38,841 nucleotides of DNA, from positions 1-38,841 of the forward strand of contig JANRLD010000058.1 of NCBI GenBank assembly GCA_033762915.1, read 5' to 3'. A program made the position numbers and the translations under genes. The notes under the pieces were generated by a model, which was given only the letters and a program-made list of their open reading frames with translations, searched no databases and was not told where the DNA came from. Source of the stretch: Meiothermus sp. Its GTDB lineage: Bacteria; Deinococcota; Deinococci; Deinococcales; Thermaceae. Each line of letters begins with the position of its first letter. Within the stretch, counting starts at the first letter, position 1. Below, one piece after another: positions 17,530-27,010 of this stretch.

Positions 17530-18006
17530 GTGCCTATCCAACCCAACCTATTGCTGCGCTTCGACCTCCAGTCGGGGTCGTTGGGTAATTTGCTCGAGGG
17601 CGTGAGTGAGGACGTGCTGGCCAACCACTCCAGGCCCGAGAAGTGGTCGGCGCTGGAGAATCTGGCCCACCTGGCCCGCTACCACCAGGTCTTTCTGGGG
17701 CGGCTCGAGCAGATGCTCGGTGCCCCCGGCCAGCCCCTCGAGCGCTACAGGGCCGAGGACGACCCCGAGTGGGACTACTGGCGGGCCTTGGGGGCTACAG
17801 AGCTGGTGGATCAGTACTACGGCTCGAGGCGGGAGATTCGGCTGCGCCTCGAAAAACTCAGCGACGACCAGCTCCACCACACCGGCATCCACCCGGCCTT
17901 CGGGGCGCTGGATGTGCCAACCATGCTCGAGATGTTCCTGCTTCACGAGGCCCACCACTTCTATACGATGTTTCAGCGGATACGCGAGTCGCGGCGGCTA
18001 AATTAG
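17530..18006 (+). CDS. DinB_2 family protein
   Basis: KWSALENLAHLA, GIHPAFG, FLLHEAHH; start at GTG 17530 is an estimate. Confidence 0.82.
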   Translation: MPIQPNLLLRFDLQSGSLGNLLEGVSEDVLANHSRPEKWSALENLAHLARYHQVFLGRLEQMLGAPGQPLERYRAEDDPEWDYWRALGATELVDQYYGSRREIRLRLEKLSDDQLHHTGIHPAFGALDVPTMLEMFLLHEAHHFYTMFQRIRESRRLN

Positions 18007-18091
18007 GGACGGATGTCCCGCCGCAGCAAGGCAGACTTATGGTGCAGATGGGGAACTGCTGTCCACCATTAAGCTGTAATGTAATTAATCT

Positions 18092-18466
18092 ATGGTGACG
18101 ACCGCCGCCCGCCCCTCCTCTTCCGCCCACCGTCTGGTGGTGTGGGGGATGGCGGGTCTGGTGCTGCTGGTCAGCATGGTAATCGCGCAGCGCGGCTTTC
18201 TGATGCTGGCGCAGGCCGACCACACGCCCGTCACTACAGCCGCCCAGGCCGGCCCGAACCACCACGCCGACGCGTCTACGCCCCAGCCCCACAGCCACGC
18301 CGACCACTGCCCGCTGTGCTTCATGTACTGGGTGACGGGCGACTTCGTGGGCGATCTCGCAGCGGTGCATAGTCCGCTCCTGATCGGCAAACTTTGGCTC
18401 GAGGCTGCCCTGGCTCGAGACGAGTTTTTGAAGCGAATTGCGGCTCGAGGGCCACCTCAGGGATAG
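18092..18466 (+). CDS. DUF2946-like (CutF/CruR-type) leader protein
   Basis: N-terminal TM/signal segment, His-rich linker, HCPLC, C-terminal ARGPPQG; upstream of copper genes. Confidence 0.8.
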   Translation: MVTTAARPSSSAHRLVVWGMAGLVLLVSMVIAQRGFLMLAQADHTPVTTAAQAGPNHHADASTPQPHSHADHCPLCFMYWVTGDFVGDLAAVHSPLLIGKLWLEAALARDEFLKRIAARGPPQG

Positions 18467-18571
18467 ACCAAAAAAAGAAAAGGGCGGGGTCGAAACCAGA
18501 CCGCTCCAGCCCTTTGGCATTCAGCCCTCGACTTTTGCCTTTTGCCTCTCGACAAAATTAGGAGCACCCCC

Positions 18572-19027
18572 ATACACCTGGTCACCAAACTAGCAGCTCT
18601 GGTCGCCTTACTGCTGGCCCCTGTTTTTGCCCACGAACGCGCCGAGGCTGGCGATTACGTGCTTGTGGTCGGGCAGGTTAACAAACCCGCCTTGCCCGGC
18701 ATGGTCAACGGTCTCGACCTGACGCTGACGGTACGCAAGAAGGCCGACAACACCCCAGTAGAGGGCCTCGAGAAGACCCTCCAAGTAGAGATCATCGCCC
18801 CCTCGGGCCAGAAGCGGGTCTACAAGTTCAGCGATAACTCCAAAGACCCCCTGCGCCTGCGTGCGAGGTTCGGGGTAGCGGGCGGGTACACCACTACCTG
18901 AATTCTGAGTGCACCCGGGCAGTATCGGGTGCGGATCTTTGGCACCATCAACGGAACCCCGGTAGATGTGACGGTAGGGGGCGACACCTTTTTGATGTCG
19001 AACCCTGCCGACTTCGAGGTTAAGTGA
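18572..19027 (+). pseudogene. Exported His-N-terminal beta-sandwich protein (YtkA-like) with ATA start and internal TGA
   Basis: AGGAG RBS 7 nt before ATA; signal peptide VFA|HE; TGA at 18899-18901, then in-frame ILSAPGQYRVRIFGTINGTPVDV...EVK to TGA at 19025-19027. Confidence 0.65.
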
Positions 19028-19115
19028 GTTGCGCCCGCCCAAGCCGCGCGGACTGCCCCCCCGCAGGCTGGCTCGGGCCAGGCGGTCGGACACCCAACCA
19101 GGAGGTACTTGGTTC

Positions 19116-19559
19116 ATGCGACTACTAAGCGTTGTGCTGGCTGCCCTGGCTCTGGTTGGGGCAGCCTTGGCGCATGGCTATCTCGTTAACAGCAGCCCCG
19201 CTGAGAACGCCCGCATCCGGGTCATGCCTGGCGAAGTCAAGCTGGGCTTCTCTGAGGCCATCGAACTGCGCCTCTCGAGCTTTAAGGTCTACGCTCTCGA
19301 GGCTCCGCCCGAAACCCTTAACAACCCCCGCCGCTTGAAGGAACTGGCCGAGCCGTTGGTCGAGCGGGTGCTGGGTTTACGCGGTGACGAAGCCCAGCGA
19401 GCCGACGCGGGCCTCAGGACTCAAGCCCGCACCGCAGAGAACCTCGAGATTATCCTTAAGCCAGGCCTCAAACCCGGAGCCTACGTCGTGATGTGGCGGG
19501 CCTTGAGCATAGATACCCACACCACCAGCGATTTCTACGTGTTCGTTTATCAGCCCTGA
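19116..19559 (+). CDS. copC: Copper-binding CopC-family protein
   Basis: ALA|HGYLVNSSPAEN, FSEAIE, YVVMWRALSIDTH; GGAGG RBS. Confidence 0.88.
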   Translation: MRLLSVVLAALALVGAALAHGYLVNSSPAENARIRVMPGEVKLGFSEAIELRLSSFKVYALEAPPETLNNPRRLKELAEPLVERVLGLRGDEAQRADAGLRTQARTAENLEIILKPGLKPGAYVVMWRALSIDTHTTSDFYVFVYQP

Positions 19560-19566
19560 GGCGCAC

Positions 19567-20016
19567 ATGAAACGACTGCTCGGCTTTGTTGTCTTGGTGG
19601 GATTGGGGTGTGCCTTCGCGCACGCCGAGTTGCAGAACTCCACGCCTGTAGCCAATTCGACCATCAAGGCCCTCCCCCGCACGGTAACCCTGACCTTCTC
19701 AGAAGCCGTAGAGGTACGGCTTTCGACCTTCAAGGTTTACCGCCTCGAGGCGCCCCCCGAATCCTGGGGCAGCCCCACCCGCCTGCGCCGTCTGGCCCAA
19801 CCCTTGGTCAATCGGGTATTAACCTTAAAGACCGATACTGGGGCTGCGGCCCGGGTTGACAGCGGCATCCTAAACACCGAGCGCACCAGCAAAACCATCC
19901 GCTTCGCCGCGCTAAAGCCGGGCCTCAAAGCTGGAGCCTACGTAGTGATGTGGAGGAACCTGGCGGTGGACGGTCATACCGAGACTGGCTTCTTTGTGTT
20001 TGTATATGCGCCCTAG
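19567..20016 (+). CDS. copC: Copper-binding CopC-family protein, second paralog
   Basis: AFA|HAELQNSTP, LTFSEAVE, YVVMWRNLAVDGH. Confidence 0.88.
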   Translation: MKRLLGFVVLVGLGCAFAHAELQNSTPVANSTIKALPRTVTLTFSEAVEVRLSTFKVYRLEAPPESWGSPTRLRRLAQPLVNRVLTLKTDTGAAARVDSGILNTERTSKTIRFAALKPGLKAGAYVVMWRNLAVDGHTETGFFVFVYAP

Positions 20017-20169
20017 GTATCTTAGCTGAACTGCCAGATGCCACCCCCAGACGCCCGTAAAGAATGAACACCCCGGTTGCCTCTGTTCTCGCACCCCCTG
20101 GCAGAACTTAGCGCCAAACGCCCAGCTAGCCCCTCGACCCTCCACGCTCGCCGCTCAACGGTTTCCGAC

Positions 20170-21327
20170 ATGCACGAGGAACACTCCCAGACCCAAAGCT
20201 ACATCCGCCTGACCCTTTACCTGGGGGTGTTCGCCCTGCTGGGGGCCGGGTTCTTCACCCGCTACGTGGGGCGGGAGGTGGCGCGCATCCAGAACTGGCG
20301 GCTATGGTACCTGCTCTCGCTGGGCTTCTCGGTTTCGCTGGCCTCGACCCTCTACGGCGTGTACCACGTGACCTGGATGCTGGGCGACACCGGCCTGATG
20401 TGGAGCTACCTGACCGAGACCACTCAGGGCACCCTCTTGATGGCCCGCCTGGTCTTCCTGGTCGGGCTACTGGGCCTCTCGTTGGGCTGGGCGCCGCTGG
20501 ACCGATGGCTGTACCCGCCGCTGGCAGCGGGGCTGCTGTTCACCGTGGCCCTCACCTCGCACAGCGGGGCGGCGGGCGGGGCGGGCCTGTGGGTGAACCT
20601 GGTTCACCTGGGCTTCGGGGCGGTCTGGGCGGGCAGCGCTCTGGCACTGGCGGTGACCTGGCCAGGAACCCGCTTCGAGGCGGTCAAGGCGGCCTTGGGG
20701 CGGCTCTCGAGGCTGGGCCTACCCTCCGTAGCCGTCCTCTCGCTGGCGGGTGTGTACCTCGGCCTGACCAAGCTGGGGGGCCTCGAGAACCTCACCACCA
20801 GCCCCTACGGTCGCACCCTGCTCCTAAAGCTCACGCTGGTGCTGGGCGTCGTGGCCCTGGCCGCCTTCAACCGCTTCTGGCTGGTGCCGCGCTTCGCGGC
20901 CAAGCGGGTCAGGGGCCTGCACGGGGTGAGCCTCGAGGCAGTCCTGATCGTGGGCGTGCTGGCCAGCACCGGCTTCCTGGCCAGCACCCCGCTCCCCCCG
21001 CCCCACGCCGAGGCCCCCGACCCCAACACCCTCGTCAACATCGACGAGACCATCCGGGGCAACCGCTACATTGGACAGGTCTTCGCCGCGCCCGGCATCA
21101 TCCACTTCTACCTCGACATCCGCGACCCCCAGGGCGACCTGCTCCCCAGCGCCCCGCCCGTCCCCATCGAAATCCGCGCGGGCAACAGAGTTAACCGCGA
21201 AGACACCGCCCCCTTCCACAAGTCGCAGTACCACTCCGCACTACTTGCCGAGGGCGGCGGAACATGGACGGTACGCATTACCCTCGCAGATCAAGAGATT
21301 GAACACACGCTGGAAGTACCAAAGTAA
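20170..21327 (+). CDS. copD: CopD-family copper uptake membrane protein with C-terminal soluble domain
   Basis: Multiple TMs; LTSHSGA, VHLGFGAVWAG, SPYGRTLLLKL, AAFNRFWL; start at 20170 is an estimate. Confidence 0.82.
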   Translation: MHEEHSQTQSYIRLTLYLGVFALLGAGFFTRYVGREVARIQNWRLWYLLSLGFSVSLASTLYGVYHVTWMLGDTGLMWSYLTETTQGTLLMARLVFLVGLLGLSLGWAPLDRWLYPPLAAGLLFTVALTSHSGAAGGAGLWVNLVHLGFGAVWAGSALALAVTWPGTRFEAVKAALGRLSRLGLPSVAVLSLAGVYLGLTKLGGLENLTTSPYGRTLLLKLTLVLGVVALAAFNRFWLVPRFAAKRVRGLHGVSLEAVLIVGVLASTGFLASTPLPPPHAEAPDPNTLVNIDETIRGNRYIGQVFAAPGIIHFYLDIRDPQGDLLPSAPPVPIEIRAGNRVNREDTAPFHKSQYHSALLAEGGGTWTVRITLADQEIEHTLEVPK

Positions 21328-21410
21328 GTCGGGGCTAAGGAGCCAAGCGCCAAACACCGGAAGCCTTCTGCTCACCTTCCCTGGCCCGTCTTTCGGATAA
21401 AGGAGTTCCC

Positions 21411-22154
21411 ATGAAAAAGCTTCTCTTCGCCCTTGCAACCCTGACCCTTGGAGCGGTTTTTGCGGCTCCGCTCGAGCTGAAAATCAACCTACGGATTGGC
21501 GATCAACCCCTGCAGTTTGGGCAAACCTACAAGACCCCCACCGGTCTGGATTATCAGATTGACCTGCTTAGGTTCTATATCTCCGACCTCGCTTTGGTGA
21601 GAGCCGACGGCTCGGAGGTCAAGGTGGAGGGCATAACCTTGGTTGATTTCAAACGCGACCAACCCACCCAGGGGGTGAGCGTGCTCAAGGCAAATGTGCC
21701 AGCCGGCGAGTACCGGGGCATTCGCTTCAATGTTGGGGTGCCCCGCGAGCTTAACCACCTCGACGCCACCAACCAAGCCATGCCGCTGGGAGTCAACTCG
21801 GGGATGTTCTGGGCCTGGAACCCTGGCTACATTTTTTACCGCCTCGAGGGCCGTGCCTTGCTGCCCGGCGGTGCGCAGAGGTGGGTAGTGCACATGGGCA
21901 CCGATGCCTTCCGTCTGCCCGTTCGCATCCAAGACCTCCAGACCCGCAACGTCCGCATCAACGTAGCCGACGCGGGTGGAACGGTTACCCTCAACCTCAA
22001 CGTAGCTGCCGCTTTCCAGCCGGGGCCGGCCGGGGCCTTCGTGGACTGGAGCAAACCCGAGCTGCGCCAGCTCCACGGCCTCAGCCCCCAGACCCGCCCC
22101 ATCATGAGCGTGGCCTACTTCAACATGACCACGGCTTTTAGCCTCGCACAGTAG
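21411..22154 (+). CDS. MbnP-family copper-binding protein
   Basis: Signal peptide; LRFYISD, GEYRGIRFNVGVP.ELNH, GMFWAWNPGYIFYRLEG (WxW); AAGGAG RBS. Confidence 0.85.
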   Translation: MKKLLFALATLTLGAVFAAPLELKINLRIGDQPLQFGQTYKTPTGLDYQIDLLRFYISDLALVRADGSEVKVEGITLVDFKRDQPTQGVSVLKANVPAGEYRGIRFNVGVPRELNHLDATNQAMPLGVNSGMFWAWNPGYIFYRLEGRALLPGGAQRWVVHMGTDAFRLPVRIQDLQTRNVRINVADAGGTVTLNLNVAAAFQPGPAGAFVDWSKPELRQLHGLSPQTRPIMSVAYFNMTTAFSLAQ

Positions 22155-22266
22155 CGGCGGGAGGGAGGGGAACCAGACATACCGCAGCTAACGCCCTCTG
22201 TATCCCCTTTCCTCCGTTCTCTTCCCTCGCCCTTGCTCTCATCCCCCTTGCATACAATGACCCTAT

Positions 22267-22674
22267 ATGCGCTTGCTGGCACTCGGCCTCGTGTTCACAC
22301 TGGGGACGGCCCAGCCGCTGGGGCTGCCAATCAGCGGGTGGCTGACGGTGCCCCGCTCGATCCCGCTGGCCCAGACCGTGGTCATGGTCTGCCCCGCCGC
22401 CGACGCGCAGTGCGAGGGCCAGCCAGTAGCGCGGCAGAAACCCAGGGGCGGGGACAATCGGGGGTATTACGCCGTTGTAGGATTGGCTCCAGGCAAGTAC
22501 GTGGTCTGGGCCTTCCAGGACAAGGATGGCAACGGAAAGCTCGAGCGCGCCGCCGAGCCCTACGCCCCCCACGGCCTGCTCGACCAGACCACCGGAAAGC
22601 TCGAGCGCATCCCCTACGAGGTCGAGCCCCCGGCATTTGGCGTGAACCTTAGCCTGGACCTAGAGGGGTTTTGA
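22267..22674 (+). CDS. Secreted hypothetical protein (DUF2141-like beta-sandwich)
   Basis: Signal peptide; GLAPGKYVVWAFQDKDGNGKL. Confidence 0.6.
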   Translation: MRLLALGLVFTLGTAQPLGLPISGWLTVPRSIPLAQTVVMVCPAADAQCEGQPVARQKPRGGDNRGYYAVVGLAPGKYVVWAFQDKDGNGKLERAAEPYAPHGLLDQTTGKLERIPYEVEPPAFGVNLSLDLEGF

Positions 22675-22799
22675 GCGGCAGGAAAGGCGAGGAAAAGAAG
22701 CAAGCTAAGGCCGCCTGCCGTTAACAATCCGCCCCCGGAAGAAACCTCCCCGCCGTCTTTGCGTCCCACTCCCTGCCCCCCTCGCTCCCACTTCCTGCC

Positions 22800-23786
22800 A
22801 TGAAACTCACCGCCTCGTTCCTCGCCCTGCTCGCCCTCATCGGCCTCGGGGTGTACGCCGTGGGCGCGTTGCCCGCCGTGCCGATCCCCGCCGATAACCC
22901 CCAGACACCAGCCAAGGTCGAACTGGGGCGAAAGCTGTTCTACGACACCCGGCTATCCAGCGACAACACTGTGGCCTGCGCGAGCTGCCACAAGCCCGAG
23001 TTCGCCTTCAGCGACGGCGGAAAGGCGGTCAGCGAGGGGGTACGCAGGCAGAAGGGGACCCGCAACGCCCCCACCCTGACCAACGTGGGTTTCCGGCAGA
23101 GCCTGTTCTGGGAGGGGCGCACGCCCAGGCTCGAGCTTCAGGCCGTCGGCCCGATCACGGCCCACGACGAGATGGATATGACCCCCGAGGCCTTGCGCAG
23201 CAGGCTCGAGGGCATTCCCGAATACCGCCTGGCGTTCGCGCGCGCCTTCCCCCGCGAGCCGATCTCACTCCAGACCGTCGCCAAGGCCATCTCGGCCTTC
23301 CAGCGCACCTTGGTCAGCTTCGACAGCCCCTACGACCGCTACGTGGCCGGCGACGACAAGGCCATGTCCCCCGCTGCCCTGCGCGGTATGGAATTGTTCC
23401 TGGGCGAAAAGGGCGACTGCTTCCACTGCCACGTGGGCGGCCAATTCACCGACGACCAGCCCAGAAACACCGCCCTCTACACTGTCTACGAAGACGTGGG
23501 GCTGGCCAGGGCCACCGGCAAAGACGAGGACGTGGGCAAGTTCAAGACCCCCACCCTCCGCAACGTGGCCCTCACCGCCCCCTACATGCACGACGGCTCC
23601 ATAAAAACCCTGCGCGAGGCGATACAGCACTATAACAACGGCGGCCAGCCCAACCTCAACTCCGACCCCCTGATACGCCCGCTGGGCATGACCGACGCCG
23701 AGGTAGAAGACCTTGTAGAATTCCTGAAGGCCCTCACCGACGAGGGGTTCACCAAGAACCCGGCGTTTTTGCCGCCCAAACCGTGA
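22800..23786 (+). CDS. Di-heme cytochrome c peroxidase/MauG superfamily protein (MbnH-like)
   Basis: CASCH and CFHCH; RNAPTL, FWEGR, FKTPTLRNVALTAPYMHDGS; near an MbnP-like gene. Confidence 0.88.
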   Translation: MKLTASFLALLALIGLGVYAVGALPAVPIPADNPQTPAKVELGRKLFYDTRLSSDNTVACASCHKPEFAFSDGGKAVSEGVRRQKGTRNAPTLTNVGFRQSLFWEGRTPRLELQAVGPITAHDEMDMTPEALRSRLEGIPEYRLAFARAFPREPISLQTVAKAISAFQRTLVSFDSPYDRYVAGDDKAMSPAALRGMELFLGEKGDCFHCHVGGQFTDDQPRNTALYTVYEDVGLARATGKDEDVGKFKTPTLRNVALTAPYMHDGSIKTLREAIQHYNNGGQPNLNSDPLIRPLGMTDAEVEDLVEFLKALTDEGFTKNPAFLPPKP

Positions 23787-23878
23787 ACGGTGAGGAAGGA
23801 GGAACGCTGGAGGGGGCAAAAACGGGAATCCGGCGGTTTCTCCATTCCTCTTTTCTCTTCCCATTCCTTACCCAAACC

Positions 23879-24289
23879 ATGAAAAAAGTTGTTGCTCTGC
23901 TGCTGCTGCTCGCCTTGGCCTTCGCCCACCCCTTCGAGGGCAGCGGGGGCGTCATTCAGGGGCAGGTCGACTTCGAGCCCAACGACACCATCCCCAAGGC
24001 CGGAGTGGCGACGGTGGCCTGGCTCGAGTATGTCAAGATCTCCGGGGTGCCCATCAACGTCGAGGACTGTTTCTGCACCCTGCTGTTCTACCAGGGGCAG
24101 GTTAGCGCCACCGCCAAGCCCGACGCCACCGTGCGGATGGCGAAGAACCCCCGCACGGGACGGATGGAAGGCATCGTGACCTTCCCCAAACCCGGCCCTT
24201 ATTTCCTGGTGATGCTGGGGCGGCCCATGCCGGGCAAGCAGATACCACCCTTCATCATGAACAGCATCATCGTGGTGGAGCCGAAGTAG
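23879..24289 (+). CDS. Secreted hypothetical protein with N-terminal His and CxC
   Basis: MKKVVALLLLLALAFA|HP; EDCFC; TFPKPGPYFL. Confidence 0.7.
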   Translation: MKKVVALLLLLALAFAHPFEGSGGVIQGQVDFEPNDTIPKAGVATVAWLEYVKISGVPINVEDCFCTLLFYQGQVSATAKPDATVRMAKNPRTGRMEGIVTFPKPGPYFLVMLGRPMPGKQIPPFIMNSIIVVEPK

Positions 24290-24323
24290 CTGGAAAGACC
24301 CATCCCCCTACGGCCCGTCGGAT

Positions 24324-24462
24324 GCGGAGGTGGGGTGCGCCATAGCCGCAGAGCGGCTACCCGGGGCGGAGTGGCTTGCGCCATAGCCGCAGAGCGGCTA
24401 CCCGAGGCGCAACTCCCTGCGGGAGCTGGCGGGCCACATTTCGCATTGCAACTATGGAGACC
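24324..24462 (+). repeat. Family A element with two 41-bp units
   Basis: GTGCGCCATAGCCGCAGAGCGGCTACCCG-type unit twice, then GCGCAACTCCCTGCGGGAGCTGGCGGG...TTCGCATTGCAACTATGGAGAC. Confidence 0.88.
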
Positions 24463-24488
24463 CTTAAACCAGGGTGAGTCTGCGAGAT

Positions 24489-25112
24489 TCAAACCTGCGC
24501 GATCAGTACTCCGTAGCCCGAGACCAGCTCGACCTCGAGCCCTTCCCTCACCACGTTCGATAGGGTCAGGGAGTTGCCGAGTTCGACCGAGACCCTCTCG
24601 AGGGGCCATTCGGCCCCGCGTAGGGTGAGGCCGTCCAGATTGCTCAGGGGGAGCAGACTGAACTTGGTCCGGGGGGGCAGGCCGGGCCGCAGGCGTCCGG
24701 GGATAACCGGGTGGGCCTCCTCGAGTCCGCTGGTGAGGATGACCTTTGTGCCGGATCGAGCCAGCCTAACCGCCAGGGTCAGGTGGGCCAGGGTGTGGTC
24801 GGTCTGCCCGCCCAGTGCGCCAACCAACAACAGCTCGGTCGCGCCGCGTTCCAGGGCCGCGTTAATGGCCAACTCGCCGTCGGTCTGGTCTTTGGCGGCG
24901 GGGAACTCGAGGCGGGGAACCTCGGCAAAGTCGTGCAGCAGCTCGAGCGGGGTGGAGTCAAAGTCGCCCACCCAAAGCTCGGGCCGGATGCCTAGACTTG
25001 CCGCATGCCGCATTCCACCGTCGGCGGCGATGCAGGGGGTGTTCTGGAGCTGCGCCCGCAACCGGGCAGTCGGGGTCAGGTGCCCGCTTAACAGGATCGA
25101 GAAACGGCCCAT
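24489..25112 (-). CDS. thiN: Thiamine diphosphokinase
   Basis: IAADGG, WVGDFDS, KDQTDGELA, GALGGQTDHTLAH, SLTLSN. Confidence 0.9.
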   Translation of the reverse strand: MGRFSILLSGHLTPTARLRAQLQNTPCIAADGGMRHAASLGIRPELWVGDFDSTPLELLHDFAEVPRLEFPAAKDQTDGELAINAALERGATELLLVGALGGQTDHTLAHLTLAVRLARSGTKVILTSGLEEAHPVIPGRLRPGLPPRTKFSLLPLSNLDGLTLRGAEWPLERVSVELGNSLTLSNVVREGLEVELVSGYGVLIAQV

Positions 25113-25130
25113 TTACGCGATGTACCCGAC

Positions 25131-26026
25131 CTACCCTTTTGTGGCCCCGGTGGTCAGGCCGCCCTGCCAGTAACGGCCTAAGGCGAAGAAGGAGATGATC
25201 AGCGGCAGAATGCTCAGCAGTGCGCCCAGGATGATCATGGTATAGCGGGGGGTCTGGCCAGTGTTGGTGTTGTTCCAGATCGAGAGCCCCAGCGTGAGCG
25301 GGAACAGGCTGGTGTCGTTGAGCACGATCAGCGGTAGGAAGAAGTTGTTCCAGGCCCCCACGAAGCTAAACAAGAAGACCGTGATCAGACCGCCACGCAC
25401 CAGCGGCAGACCCAGCGACCAGAAGATCTGCCAGTTGGTCGCGCCGTCCAGGTAGGCGGCCTCCATCAGGTCTTTGGGGAAGCCCTGCTGCCAGAAAATC
25501 CGCATCAGGTAGAGGCCGAAGGGGTTAACCATCTGCGGCAGAATCACCGCCCAGATGGTGTTAGCCAGCCCGATGTTGTTGATGAGCAAGAAGATCGGGA
25601 AGGTCAGGGCGGTGGCGGGAACCATGATGGTCCCGAGGATAAAGTTAAACAGGACGTCGCGCCCCCTGAAGGCGAACATGGCAAAGGCAAAGCCCGCCAT
25701 CGCCGCCGCCGCCGTGGCCAGAATGCCCACCGCGAAGGAGTAGACAAAGCTGTTCAGCATCCAGCGGAAAAAAATACCGCCGTCGGTGTTGACCAGTTGC
25801 TGAAAGTTCTGCACCAGGTGCCAGGGCGTGGCAAACCACAGCCCAAAGGTGGTGTTGAGCTGACCGTTGTCCTTGGTGATTGAGACCAGCACCCAGTACA
25901 GCGGCAGCAGGAAGTAGATGCAAAAGGCGATGATCAGAACCGTGAGCAGCCATTGGCGGCCCCCAGGGGCGGGTTTGGGGCGCTCGAGGCTAGCGGCCTT
26001 GGGTGTGGACTGTCTCGAGACGGGGT

Positions 26027-26030
<4 letters not shown>
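25131..26030 (-). CDS. Carbohydrate ABC permease (MalG-like)
   Basis: [24 protein letters not shown]-terminal GLTTGATKG. Confidence 0.92.
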
Positions 26031-26905
<875 letters not shown>

Positions 26906-26969
26906 ATCTCCCCCAACGCCCAAAGCATACTTCGTCTTACGACCGTGTAGGTTGGACCGACGCCCTATC

Positions 26970-27000
26970 AAAAAGGGGGGCGGTGTTAGCCGCCCCCCTT
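26970..27000 (-). terminator. Intra-operon hairpin with U-tract after the binding-protein gene
   Basis: Minus strand AAGGGGGGCGG-CTAACA-CCGCCCCCCTTTTT. Confidence 0.7.
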
Positions 27001-27010
27001 GGGTGTCGCC

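Noticed and set aside
21411..23786. Methanobactin biosynthetic cluster
   Set aside because: No MbnA precursor, MbnB/MbnC or TonB-dependent receptor in the window.
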